Source: Phaeosaccion multiseriatum (taxonomy: Eukaryota; Protista; Ochrophyta, other classes). Taken from it: 64,000 nucleotides of DNA. Made by a program: the position numbers and the translations under genes. The stretch spans positions 4,278,001 to 4,342,000 of the forward strand of contig OZ218950.1 in NCBI GenBank assembly GCA_965112735.1, given 5' to 3'. The notes below the pieces were generated by a model. That model saw only the letters and a program-made list of their open reading frames with translations. It made no database searches and had not been told where the DNA came from. Within the stretch, counting starts at the first letter, position 1. The number at the start of each line of letters is the position of its first letter. This document shows, in pieces, positions 51,989 to 63,711 of this stretch.

Positions 51989-54900
51989 AGCGGAGCAGGA
52001 GCGGCGCGGTTCGCCGGGTGGTGGCGGCAGCAGTAGCAGCAGTAGCAGCACCAGCACCAGCACCAGCAGCAGCGACAGCAGCAGCGGCTTTGAGACAGAA
52101 GCTCCTCCTCCGCACAAGAGAAGGCGCTGGACGTGGCGACGTCAGCAGCGCTGCCTGCCGAGGAGGATGGAGAAGAAGGAGCCGGAGCAGCAGCAAGAGC
52201 GGTGTTGGTGGACGGGCGTGACGGGTTTCTTAGAAACCGTTCTCCTGTGGTGGCTGTGGGCCACACCAGACTGTTCACTGTTAGTCTCTTGCCCTTCTTG
52301 GTGGGGCTGCGGAGGGTTGGCCGTCTGGCTGCTCCACTCCATGATTGGACGGCAGCAACAACAACCAACAGGGGCCAGCAGCTCGTCTGGCCATCAGCCG
52401 CCGGGTGAGGGCCAGGGCCAGTGCCGGGACGCCAATGAGAGCCGGCGACGGCCCCGGGGTGTGAAGAGGCGGAGGCGGGATGGCCGGGAGAGAAGGAGGC
52501 GACGGGAAGAGCGAGAGAACAAGAAACGGGCACAACGGGTCTCCTCCTTTCCCAACTTACTGGCACTGCTCACCACAATCCCACAATTGTTCCGGCGCAC
52601 TCCACTCTACATACTAGCAGCTGGAGGTGGATGGTGTTCCTGGTACACCGCGCTTGCTAACCTCTGCCTACGGCTCTTGGCGGTGGTGAGTACGAAAGTG
52701 TGTGTGTGCGTGCGTGGGGGGGGAGGGGGGGGGGGGATGTGAAAGTGGGTTGTTGAAAGTCACTGCGAAAACCAGCCAGGAGTGAGGGCTCATTAAATAC
52801 CCATCTCATTGTATCCGGAAGCTGAACCCTACTGTATACCCCTCCACTCCACTGCCGCCCGCTGCTTCGCTGCCTCCAGCCGCCTTTTCTGAGGGGGGGC
52901 GTTTCCACGACACGGGAGCAAGGGGTCACGGCCACGACCAGCGGCCAGTGCCAGGACGTGCAACAGGACGACCCTTGTGACGATGAGGGAGAGGGGGATG
53001 GGGGACGGAGGAGGAAGAGGAAGAGGAGGAGGGGGAGGGGGGGGAAGGGAAGGAAGGGGAGGAGGAGGAAGGGGAGGAGGAGGAGGACGAGGAGGAGGAG
53101 GAGGAGGAGGAGGAGGAGGAGGAAGGGGAAGGGGAAGGGGAAGAAGGAGAGCCAGGCGTGTGTCATGGCCGCTGTGCTGGGCCCAGAGCGCTGCCGAGGG
53201 CTATCGGCGAGGGAGGTGAGGGCCGAGGCCTGTCGGCAACTGCGGGCCAGTCTGCCCCAGAGGCGCCGTGAGATGGAGACCGTCGTCGGTGCTGGCTGTG
53301 TGGAGGCCTTCATCTGCGAGGTGGAGAAGCCCAACCGAAAGGGTGGGCGTCTCTTCCTTCGCCTTTGGGAGGCAGCGACGGGTGTGAGGTGCGTGGTCCT
53401 TTATCCCGGTGGGGATACAGGATCATACATGCCCACCGATTACTTCTCTCTGGAGAGGGCGAGAGAGGAGACCAGCTCCGAGGAGGACATTGTGTGGCTG
53501 GCCTTCGATGGTAGCCATTACACCAGCATTCGGCGCCCAAACAGCATCATCAGCGCGACCACCAGAGTCGTGCAGGGCCCCATGCTGGGGGGCTCACGTT
53601 CGGGAGCGCGGAAGGCGCGCAGGAGAACGAGGGCAGCGCAGGTGAGTGAGTCTTGATTTCTTTTCTCTTAGTCTTCTCTCCTCTCTCCTCTGCATCGTCT
53701 CACGCTCTCCCTTTCTCATGGCGCTCCTCTCCTTTTTTTCTTTTCTTTTTTTGTCTCTTTCTTCCTCCCCCCAGGACCCCGATGCTGTGGATGCTGAGCT
53801 CTGGCAGAGATTCTTACCATGCCATGAGTACGTGGCCACTCCCCGCGACGGGGACTGCCTTCTATGGGCTATCTGGGAGCTAACCCTCCGGCATATTGGG
53901 GTGCGCAACAGGCCGTTTATCCCGCTAGGGGAGAACGACAAGCCTGACATGCGTGCATGGCGTCTGCTTCTGGCTGACGCTGTGCGCAGCGGCATTGGGG
54001 CTCTGACGCAGCCTTGTGCTGACGTCACCGACACCTCCACCGTCACCGCCACCAGGGCTTCTCTGCACGACCCAGATTTTTGGGTGCCTTTTGGGTGCCT
54101 TGCGCTGACAGGTTGGGGGAGAAGGGAGCCTACCTCGGGCATGAAGACATTCTTTGGCTCTGCGGCTACTTCGGCATCACCGTCACCCTATATACCGTCA
54201 AAGGAAGCTTGCACGAGACCCACCCCCTCACCCGCCCAGATGTACATGTGTTTGAAGGAGTACGAGTGGGTGAGTGGGGTGAGGGAGGCCAAGCAGAGAG
54301 GTGCTGCTCCATAGGACTTTATCCGAACCACTATGTTGGCCTCCGCCCAGTGGCTTCACAACGCATGGAGGTTGATGGTGATGGTGGCGGTGATGGTGGA
54401 CGAGGAGTGTATGGGATGAAGTCAGCGACCCCACCCCCACACCCCACCAAGAGACCCCGAAGAGAAGAGAGGGGGGGGGCGCACCGTCCTCCTCCTCTTT
54501 CTCAGCTGGGGGATTGGATCCCCCCAGCGGAGGCTTCGACGCCTAGTGGAGGAGCAGCAGCAGCAGCAGGAGGAGGAGGAGGGGCAGCAGCAGCAGCAGC
54601 AGGGGGAGGGGGGGGAGCAGGAGGGGGAGCAGGAGGGGGGGGAGGAGGAGGAAGAGGAAGAGGAAGGGGAAGAGGAGGAGGAAGAGGAGGAGGGGGGGGA
54701 GGAGGGGGAGCAGGAAGAGGAGGAGGGGGAGGAGGAGGGGGAGGAGGAGGGGGAGGAGGAGGGGGAGCAGGAGGAGGAGGAGGAGCAGGAGGAGGAGGAG
54801 GAGGAGGAGGAGCAGGAGGAGACGATGACGAGGACAGGATAGCGGCGTGGAAGGTAAGGAGGATCTGAGAGGCTGGGCAGGAGTGGAGGCATGCGCACTT

Positions 54901-55900
54901 TTTTTTTTTGATCCTAACGAGGCGCTCTCTCTCGCTCTCCCTCTCTCTCCATCTCTTTCTCCCTCCCTCCCTCCCTCCATCCATCCCTCCATCCCTCCAT
55001 CTCTCCATCCCTCCATCCCTCCCTCCATCTGCCTCTCTCCCCTTTCTTTCTCTCCTTCTTCCTCCCCTCTCTCTGTCTCCTCTCTCTCTCTGAGGAGGAG
55101 GATGAGGAGGAGGAGGAGGAGGAGGAGGAGGAGGATTATGAGGAGGAGGAGGAGGAGGAGGAGGAGGATGAGGATGAGGATGAGGAGGGGGTGAGGACAG
55201 CGACGACATTTGCCGGAGGAGGAGGAGGAGGACGGGGTGGTGGTGGTGGTGGTGGTGGTGGTGGTGGTGGGTGTTAGAAGTCGTGCTTTTGCTAGACTGG
55301 TACCTACCCTCTGAATTCAGACCGGGAGGTACCAGTCTAGCAAAAGCACGACTTCTAACAAGCCCTAATGCTAGAAGTCGAACCCCCCCCCCCCCACCGC
55401 ACATAGTGGAGAGAAGTAACTCGCAGTCTGGGAATCAGACTAATGGGTGCCAGCCGGTACCAGTTTTCGCCGAAAAACACACTTTTTTCACAAGCTACAG
55501 CCAGGATTCGAACTCGCAATGGCCTTGTTAGAAGTCGTGCTTTTGCTAGACTGGTACCTCCCGGTCTGAATGTGGGGAGAAGGACGAGGAGGAGGAGGAG
55601 GAGGAGGAGGAGGAGGAGGAGGGGGAGGAGGAGGAGGAGGGGGAGGAGGAGGAGGAGGAGGAGGGGGCGGGGGGGGGAGGAGGAAGAGGTGGGCGAGCTT
55701 CTGGGAGGAGGTCAGTGACCCCACCCCCACGCCCCAGGAAGAGAGCCCGAGGAGGAGGAGGAGGAGGAGGAGGAGGAGGAGGAGGAGGAGGAGGAGGAGG
55801 AGGAGGAGGAGGAGGAGGAGGAGGAGCAGGAGGAGGAGGAGGCGGAGGCGGAGGCGGAGGAAGAGGTGGGCCTGACGAGGACTCTGACATTGGGGAGGAG
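51521..55900 (+). pseudogene. N-terminal part of the large accessory gene: coiled/hydrophobic region plus two OTU-family cysteine protease domains, disrupted
   Basis: Exons 51521-52685, 52880-53641 (OTU1: Cys 53159 in ACVMAAV, GG..L, VWLAFDGSHYTSI with His 53516) and 53775-54853 (OTU2: PRDGDCLLWAI with Cys 53856, YLGHEDILWL, IGLYPNHYVGL with His 54329). It carries an 11-bp duplication frameshift (54078-54099) and a MITE (55272-55571). Confidence 0.7.
55272..55571. mobile_element. MITE (~255 bp, 55315-55571) with ~47-bp perfect TIRs, plus an adjacent extra right-end TIR copy at 55272-55316
   Basis: ATTCAGACCGGGAGGTACCAGTCTAGCAAAAGCACGACTTCTAACA (55315-55360) is the exact reverse complement of 55526-55571. 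A third, near-identical arm lies at 55272-55316. Confidence 0.8.
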
Positions 55901-55908
55901 GTGAGTAA

Positions 55909-56380
55909 GGGAGCAAATATCGACGTCACCTCTATGACCCCCCTGGGGGGGGGGGGGTAAATTCACCCACGTGATGGTGAATGCTGCTGAGTTACGCTAA
56001 TATAAGGGGGGGGGGGGGTGGATCTGAGTTACGCAGGTAATTGGGGTGGTGTATCTGAGTTACGCAGCGGGTTACCTGAGTTATCTGAGTTGCACTGAGT
56101 TATGGCGGTGGGAAGAAGCGAAGACGACCATAAACAGCTCCGCAAGACTCTCCCTCCATTGAAATGTCGCATGTTCAAGAACATTTTTCAAAGCGGAACG
56201 CGACGACCTGTGATTTTTGTGTATCACCAAACGCCCCTAACTCAGTCCTAACTCAGGATAACTCAGTCCTAACTCAGTTTTGCCACAATCGGATGAGGCC
56301 ATGACAAAAGCGGAGGCTAACTCAGTTTTGCCCCCCCACTTACATCAGATTTGCCTCCCAACTAACTCAGATTGGACCCT
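55909..56380. mobile_element. Probable non-autonomous DNA transposon with inverted clusters of subterminal CTGAGTTA motifs, intronic
   Basis: Six CTGAGTT(A/G) copies at 55987-56102 and six TAACTCAG copies at 56238-56370. Imperfect terminal match GGGAGCAAAT / ATTTGCCTCCC. Boundaries are uncertain. Confidence 0.6.
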
Positions 56381-56422
56381 TTTCCCAGCTTTGGAACTGC
56401 TTTACTTCTTCTAGCTAACCCC

Positions 56423-56462
<40 letters not shown>

Positions 56463-56890
56463 CCCTCATTCTATCCTCTCTCCTCTGTTCTTCTTCTCTT
56501 TCCTCTCTCTCCCTCGTGCGTCTCTCTCAGGATGCGGCTGGTGCTGGTGCTGGTGCTGGTGCTGTTCGTGAAGGCAAATGCTCGCGCGGAAGGGTAAGTC
56601 CGACTTCGTCTCTTTCTCTCTCTGCCTCGCCTCGCTCTTCTCTCCACCCCTCTCTATTGCTCCATCACCTACCCTCTCTGCCTCTCTCTTCCCCCCTGTG
56701 CTAATGGCTTAGGGGGCTCAACTAGCACTAGATCTGGAGTATTGGTCCCAGGCAATCCCTTCCCCTCTCCTCTCACCCCCGCGTGCCCTCGTCCCCTCTC
56801 CTGCCTCTCATGCCCTCTGCCTATATCCTCTCGCCTGTGGCACCTGCCTCATGGACGGCACCATCCTCATCATCATCATCATCACCATCC

Positions 56891-56950
<60 letters not shown>

Positions 56951-57286
56951 CCCAAACCAGGGTGTCGGCCGTACTGGTTCTCCTATGAGGAGCGATGTGC
57001 CACCCGGGACGCGCCAAGTGATCGTAAGTGGAAACTTGAGCAATGAGCGATAAGAGTTGGGTGGGTGTGGAGTGATATTGTTGCTGGCTGGTGGAGTATC
57101 GACGTGCTATCGACCACATTCTCGATAGCATATACTATCGGGCTCGTGCTATCAGTAGGTGCAGGTAGCAGATAGCATGTCAGGGAGCGCATCATGCACA
57201 GATGGCGCCGATATTCCCTTTTGTGCTTGCCTTGCTTCTTACAACCTCATTTACACCTTCCAACCTCACACAATGTGGCTGCGCAG

Positions 57287-58107
57287 AGTGAGGCAAAACA
57301 GCACGAACTTCAGCAGGGCGGAACGGAGGCGGACGAAGTCATTCTCGACCAGGGAGTGCGATGGCTTCGCGACGAGTTCCGCAACACCGACGGGGACAAC
57401 ACCCGCCCAATACTATTCCTCAACAACACCTTCAGTCTTGGCGCGAAGATGCAAGATGGCATGCAGCTGATGGAGAGTGCTGTTTACGACGCCTCCTATG
57501 GGACCTTTTCGGCGATGTGGCCCTTCCAGGCCCACAACGGCCATGCTCTCTCCCTCTTGGTGGTTTCGCGCGATGCGCACTTTTATCTCGGCGTCATTGA
57601 CCAACAAGGTCGCCGCATCATACTGCTGGAGACCCTCCGACCCACCCACGCCGAGCCAGTGGATAAAGCCGCCATTGAAAGCCAATATGATGAGGTGGGA
57701 CGAGGATTGCGCGCTCACGCTGAACGCGCCGGCGGAGGAAAGTGGACTCTGCAAATCCGCCATTCAGCTGTGGAGCACCCATCTCCACGTTGGGTGGAGC
57801 AGATCTTCCTCTCCCAAGACTGTCATGTCATGGTGTTGGAGGCAATGAGGCGTATAGCGGTGGCTTGGCGGGCCGGGCCAAGCCCCCCTGACATGGACGG
57901 GATGCTCGAGGAAGTGCGGGAAGCCATGGCTGGAGAGCTCAAGGGGTGTGACACCTCCTGGGCTGGTGGCCGGGAGACCTGGGCTCGTCGACTGCGCTGC
58001 CCGCCCAATGCCGAGGAGCAGCAAGGGGGGGGGGGAGGCAAACGGCCTGCCGGGGGGGGAAAGGGCAGAATGGCGTCCACCAAGGCGAAAGGCAACAAGG
58101 TGAGCCC

Positions 58108-58155
<48 letters not shown>

Positions 58156-61100
58156 AGGAGATGACGAGTATCTGCCATCGAGTAGTGAGGAGGAGGGTGA
58201 GGAGGCGGACGCGGAGGAGAAGGAAGTGGGGCAGGGAGGAAAGAGAAGGAGCAGCAGGCTTGGGCTAAGGGCAGGTGGGCGGCAGCTGGCGGAACGGGTC
58301 AACCCCGCGGAGAGGGTGGAAGCAGCGTCTCCAGAAGATACCGACCCTCATGAGGGAGGAGGAAGAGGAGGAGAGGAGGAGGAGTGGATACCGGCGGGAG
58401 GCAGGAAGAAGAAGAAGACGAAGAAGAGCAGGAAGACGCAGCAACCGGCTTCTCAGGTGAGGGCCTACTTTCCCTGTTGTTCTCTCTCTGTCTCTCTCTC
58501 TCATTTCTGCCCTCCCTTTTATCTCACGCACACAGCCCCCCCCCCGCCCCCCCCCGACTGTCACAGGGAGGGAGTGGGCCTGCTTATGGACGCCCCCAAG
58601 CCATGGAGGTAGAGGGGGGAAACGGTGTTTGGGGTGGGGAGGAGGAGGAGGAGTGGGAGGAGGAGGAGGAGAAGGAGGAGGAGGAGGAGGAGGAGGAGGA
58701 GTGGGAGGAGCAGGGCCGTAGGCGAAAAGGACGGAAGGTGCGGGGGGGACAGGGCCGTTCCAATCGAAACGCACCAAGGACGGCGGGGCGGGCACAGGGC
58801 GCATCAGCAGGAGGGCGGGCCGGGACGAAGGGCAAGGAGGCCCCAGCAAAAAGCAGAGTGAAGGGATCTGCCGGGGGAGGGGACGGCAAGGTGGGCCCGG
58901 CAAAGGCAGCGACGGGGTCTGCGGGGCGAGGGAAAGGGAAGAAGGCCCCCACCAATGCGAAAGGAAAGGTGAGGAATTCATCGATACTCTCACGGTTCCA
59001 CGCTTTTTCCCACTGAGATTTTATCCTCTCCCCTCTCTCCCTCTCTCTGTTGCAGGCCAAGAACGGTCAAGGCGCAGGCCAGACCATCTCGCTTCGCACA
59101 CTCTTCGACCGATCGCCGGAGGGGAGGACGAGGATAAAGGAGGCCGAAAAAAAAAGAAAACTCAACAAGAGCCCCACACAAAGCAGGACCTGGAAGGCGG
59201 ACTGCTTCAAGAGTTGGTTGGGGGACAAGGGGGGGGAGGACTCTGATGCCGTCACGGCTTGGCGCAAGGCGCGCGAAGCAGAGGAGAAGCGGAAGGCTCG
59301 TGCGAAAGAGGAGGTAAGAAAATTGTGAATGCTACTTTCCCCCCACCTGACAATTACATTCCGGATTCCAACATGCCCAGCACCTTCAACAGGAGTCCAA
59401 ATTATTGCCCGCCTCCCTCTCTACTCTCACGGTTCCACGCCTTTTCCCACTGAGATTTTATCCTCTCCCCTCTCTCCCTCTCTCTGTTGCAGGCCAAGAA
59501 CGGTCAAGGCGCAGGCCAGACCATCTCGCTTCGCACACTCTTCGACCGATCGCCGGAGGGGAGGACGAGGATAAAGGAGGCCGAAAAAAAAAGAAAACTC
59601 AACAAGAGCCCCACACAAAGCAGGACCTGGAAGGCGGACTGCTTCAAGAGTTGGTTGGGGGACCAGGGGGGGGAGGACTCTGATGCCGTCAAGGCTTGGC
59701 GCAAGGCGCGCGAAGCAGAGGAGAAGCGGAAGGCTCGTGCGAAAGAGGAGGTAAGAAAATTGTGAATGCTACTTTCCCCCCACCTGACAATTACATTCCG
59801 GATTCCAACATGCCCAGCACCTTCAACAGGAGTCCAAATTATTGCCCGCCTCCCTCTCTACTCTCACAGTTCCACGCCTTTTCCCACTGAGATTTTATCC
59901 TCTCCCCTCTCTCCCTCTCTCTGTTGCAGGCCAAGAACGGTCAAGGCGCAGGCCAGACCATCTCGCTTCGCACACTCTTCGACCGATCGCCGGAGGGGAG
60001 GACGAGGATAAAGGAGGCCGAAAAAAAAGAAAAGTCAACAAGAGCCCCACACAAAGCAGGACCTGGAAGGCGGACTGCTTCAAGAGTTGGTTGGGGGACA
60101 AGGGGGGGGAGGACTCTGATGCCGTCACGGCTTGGCGCAAGGCGCGCGAAGCAGAGGAGAAGCGGAAGGCTCGTGCGAAAGAGGAGGTAAGAAAATTGTG
60201 AATGCTACTTTCCCCCCACCTGACAATTACATTCCGGATTCCAACATGCCCAGCACCTTCAACAGGAGTCCAAATTATTGCCCGCCTCCCTCTCTACTCT
60301 CACGGTTCCACGCCTTTTCCCACTGAGATTTTATCCTCTCCCCTCTCTCCCTCTCTCTGTTGCAGGCCAAGAACGGTCAAGGCGCAGGCCAGACCATCTC
60401 GCTTCGCACACTCTTCGACCGATCGCCGGAGGGGAGGACGAGGATAAAGGAGGCCGAAAAAAAAAGAAAACTCAACAAGAGCCCCACACAAAGCAGGACC
60501 TGGAAGGCGGACTGCTTCAAGAGTTGGTTGGGGGACCAGGGGGGGGAGGACTCTGATGCCGTCAAGGCTTGGCGCAAGGCGCGCGAAGCAGAGGAGAAGC
60601 GGAAGGCTCGTGCGAAAGAGGAGGTAAGAAAATTGTGAATGCTACTTTCCCCCCACCTGACAATTACATTCCGGATTCCAACATGCCCAGCACCTTCAAC
60701 AGGAGTCCAAATTATTGCCCGCCTCCCTCTCTACTCTCACAGTTCCACGCCTTTTCCCACTGAGATTTTATCCTCTCCCCTCTCTCCCTCTCTCTGTTGC
60801 AGGCCAAGAACGGTCAAGGCGCAGGCCAGACCATCTCGCTTCGCACACTCTTCGACCGATCGCCGGAGGGGAGGACGAGGATAAAGGAGGCCGAAAAAAA
60901 AAGAAAAGTCAACAAGAGCCCCACACAAAGCAGGACCTGGAAGGCGGACTGCTTCAAGAGTTGGTTGGGGGACAAGGGGGGGGAGGACTCTGATGCCGTC
61001 AAGGCTTGGCGCAAGGCGCGCGAAGCAGAGGAGAAGCGGAAGGCTCGTGCGAAAGAGGAGGTAAGAAAATTGTGAATGCTACTTTCCCCCCACCTGACAA

Positions 61101-63680
61101 TTACATTCCGGATTCCAACATGCCAAGCACCCCCTCGCTCACCCTTTGGCCGCCTCCCTCTCCGCTCCTATTGTCTTCTTGTCGTATCTTCTTGTCATAG
61201 AGGGCCGCAGAGAAGGCTGAGGGGCAAAAGGCTGGCGTTCGGTCGGCTATAAAGGCGCTTAGTCCTTTCTTCCCCGGCGCGTTCTCCACAAAGCCTGAGA
61301 AACGCCGTCGTTCTACAGGACGGGATAGGACTGCTGCTCGTCCACAGTCCCATCCCGTCGTGCCCAAGGTGCTTCAGACCTACGGCAAGCTGGAGGCGCG
61401 GCAGCGTGTGCAATCTGTGCTCTTGGCGCCTCTGTTCCACAAGCTGAAGAAGTATGCCCACCAACACTCTGAGTTTTTGGGCGATGGAAGCGTCATGCTC
61501 CTCTACCCGGAGTCCCAACCAACTGGGACGGCGGATGTGAGGCTGCGAATCCTCCTGGTCGGCAAGATGGATAAGGTGGGCGACGGGGATGGAGTGGTTC
61601 TCTCTCAATTTGAGGCACCTGGGGGCAATGATCGAGTCGAGTCCTTCTCCAAGCTCGACGAGGAGGGGGCAAAGGAGATGGCCAACGCTCTCTGGAACGG
61701 GCTGGCCGAGAAAGACCAGCGCAAGTGCATTGCCATCAAGAGAGGGGAACAGCATAACCTGCTCTTTGAGGTACTCGTGGTGCCCAAGAGCGCTGTCGAC
61801 GGCTGGGCCGTGGCTGACCGTACCGCCCCGCCTCAGGAGCAGCAGCAGCAGGAGCAGCAGCAGCAGGAGCAGCAGCAGCAGACCGCTGCCGATGCTCCTA
61901 TGTTGGAGGGCGGCCGCAAGCTGCGTTCGAACCTCCTGGACGACAACAAGGACGAGTGGAAGAAGGCTGTCGTGGACCTCTCGAGGCGTGTGTTTTCTGA
62001 GGCGGTGGAGGCGAGAGAACCGGGTCAGAACCATAGTGCCATAGCAGCTGGGGCCTACAACGTCACCAGAGAGGAGTGGCTTGTGGCAAGACGGAGTGGA
62101 CCGGCCAGAGCTGATGTGTCCAGCTGTTTGCACGGAGTCACTGTAGGTGCTCATGCCGAGCCGGAGCTACTCGAGTGCATTGAGAAGCGGCACGGGTGGA
62201 CTGGTGAGGATGAGCTCATACTGGTCATCTCGACCCTCCCCTGCATCGGTTGTGCCCGGCTACTGGCAGAGCGGAAGAGACAAGGACGCCTGAACTGCAG
62301 CGTCATCTTCGTAGGCGACTCCCGCCCTGTCCTGGGGGAGGGGAGGAGCATCCTCACGGAGGCTGGCTTTGAGGTAAGCATTGAGCGAAGGGCGCGGCTG
62401 GAACAGAGGCATATGGACAGACAGGCAGGCAGAGAGGCAGGCAGGCACGGAGACAGGCAGGCAGAGAGGCAGACACGACGGAGCCGATGCTGATCCCTTT
62501 CCCACTCCACCCTTTCCTCCTTCCCCCCCCCCCTCCTTGCTTCACACGTGCAGGTCAAAGAGGACAGCTGGTATTGCTCCGGGCTGCTTCCCCGCATGAG
62601 GCGGGTCGAGGTTCTGAAGGGCAAGGAGGTTACTGCCACTTTCGCGGGGGGGAAAGCTCATTGGCGGACGTGGCACAACGCAACTCTTCTTGTCCTGGTG
62701 CAGCCCTCGGCGGAGGAGCGCAGGCTTTATGGAGACTTGCTGCGGCGGTGTCTCCTTCTCAAGCTGACTGCGGACCCAAAGCGTAATCAGCGACAGACCA
62801 AGAGACCGTTGCAGCTCGAGGCGTACCGCCGGGCTTGCAGGGCTGCCAAGAAGGCCAGCGAGGGAGGGAGGGTGTCGATGATGGCGGTGGGGAGCGATGT
62901 GTTGACTCTCTCCGCCGCCATGGACGGGATTTCAGTCGCGAATCTACGCCTTTCCGCCATACAGTCCATGCCCCTCCATCGCGATGGGCAGGAAGTCTCG
63001 GGCTTCAAGCCGGTCATCCTGACATCCACGGGGAAGGAGGGGTTCCGGCTGTTCGGGCAGAGATTCCGGCGGCATATGCCCTTTTCGAGCAGCTGTGTCT
63101 CGGGGTCGAAGGCTGATGCCCTCCCGCCTAATGTTGACACGATGGCAGCGGAAGCTAAGAAGGAAAGGAAGATAAAGAAGCTGGAGAAGCGTGAGCGTGC
63201 CGCTCAGCAGAACCGACGAGTCGCCGAGCAGGTCCGCACCAATATGTTCGGCTTCCTCCCAGTCATGGCGGAAGAAGAGGATGGTGGTAGAGCTGGGGCG
63301 ACTGTCTTGCGCAATGTTCGGCTCGCCCCAGCGCGAATGGCCGCGGACACCAAGAGGAAGGAGGCGGAGGCAGCAAAGAGGAGAGCTGCATTGGCCGAGA
63401 AAAAGCCCAATCAGCGCAGGAAGAAGACTGATGCAAAGGGGGAGGAGAACAAGAGCACGAGCACCACGTCTGTGACCATCGATCCTCGGGGGCGGCCAGA
63501 GGTGTTGAGGGTGCTGAGGGGAGGAGCTGCCAGCCGAGGGGTGGCACAATGTGCTTTTAACGACGCCACGCTGCTGAAGGATTTGGTGGAGTATTTGCCT
63601 CGCTTCCTCCTGGACAAGGGGATGAGTGGACAGCCGGACAATACCATGAAATGGGGTGAGATTGATGCTGAAGGGAGTGT

Positions 63681-63711
<31 letters not shown>

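Noticed and set aside
56532-56593. Signal-peptide-like MRLVLVLVLVLFVKANARAE as the start of a separate gene
   Set aside because: Splicing in that frame to the next exon hits a stop within 10 codons, whereas the phase-0 frame links cleanly.
58985-61130. Possible CRISPR array or satellite
   Set aside because: The units are 437 bp with no unique spacers. They are duplicated intron-exon units.
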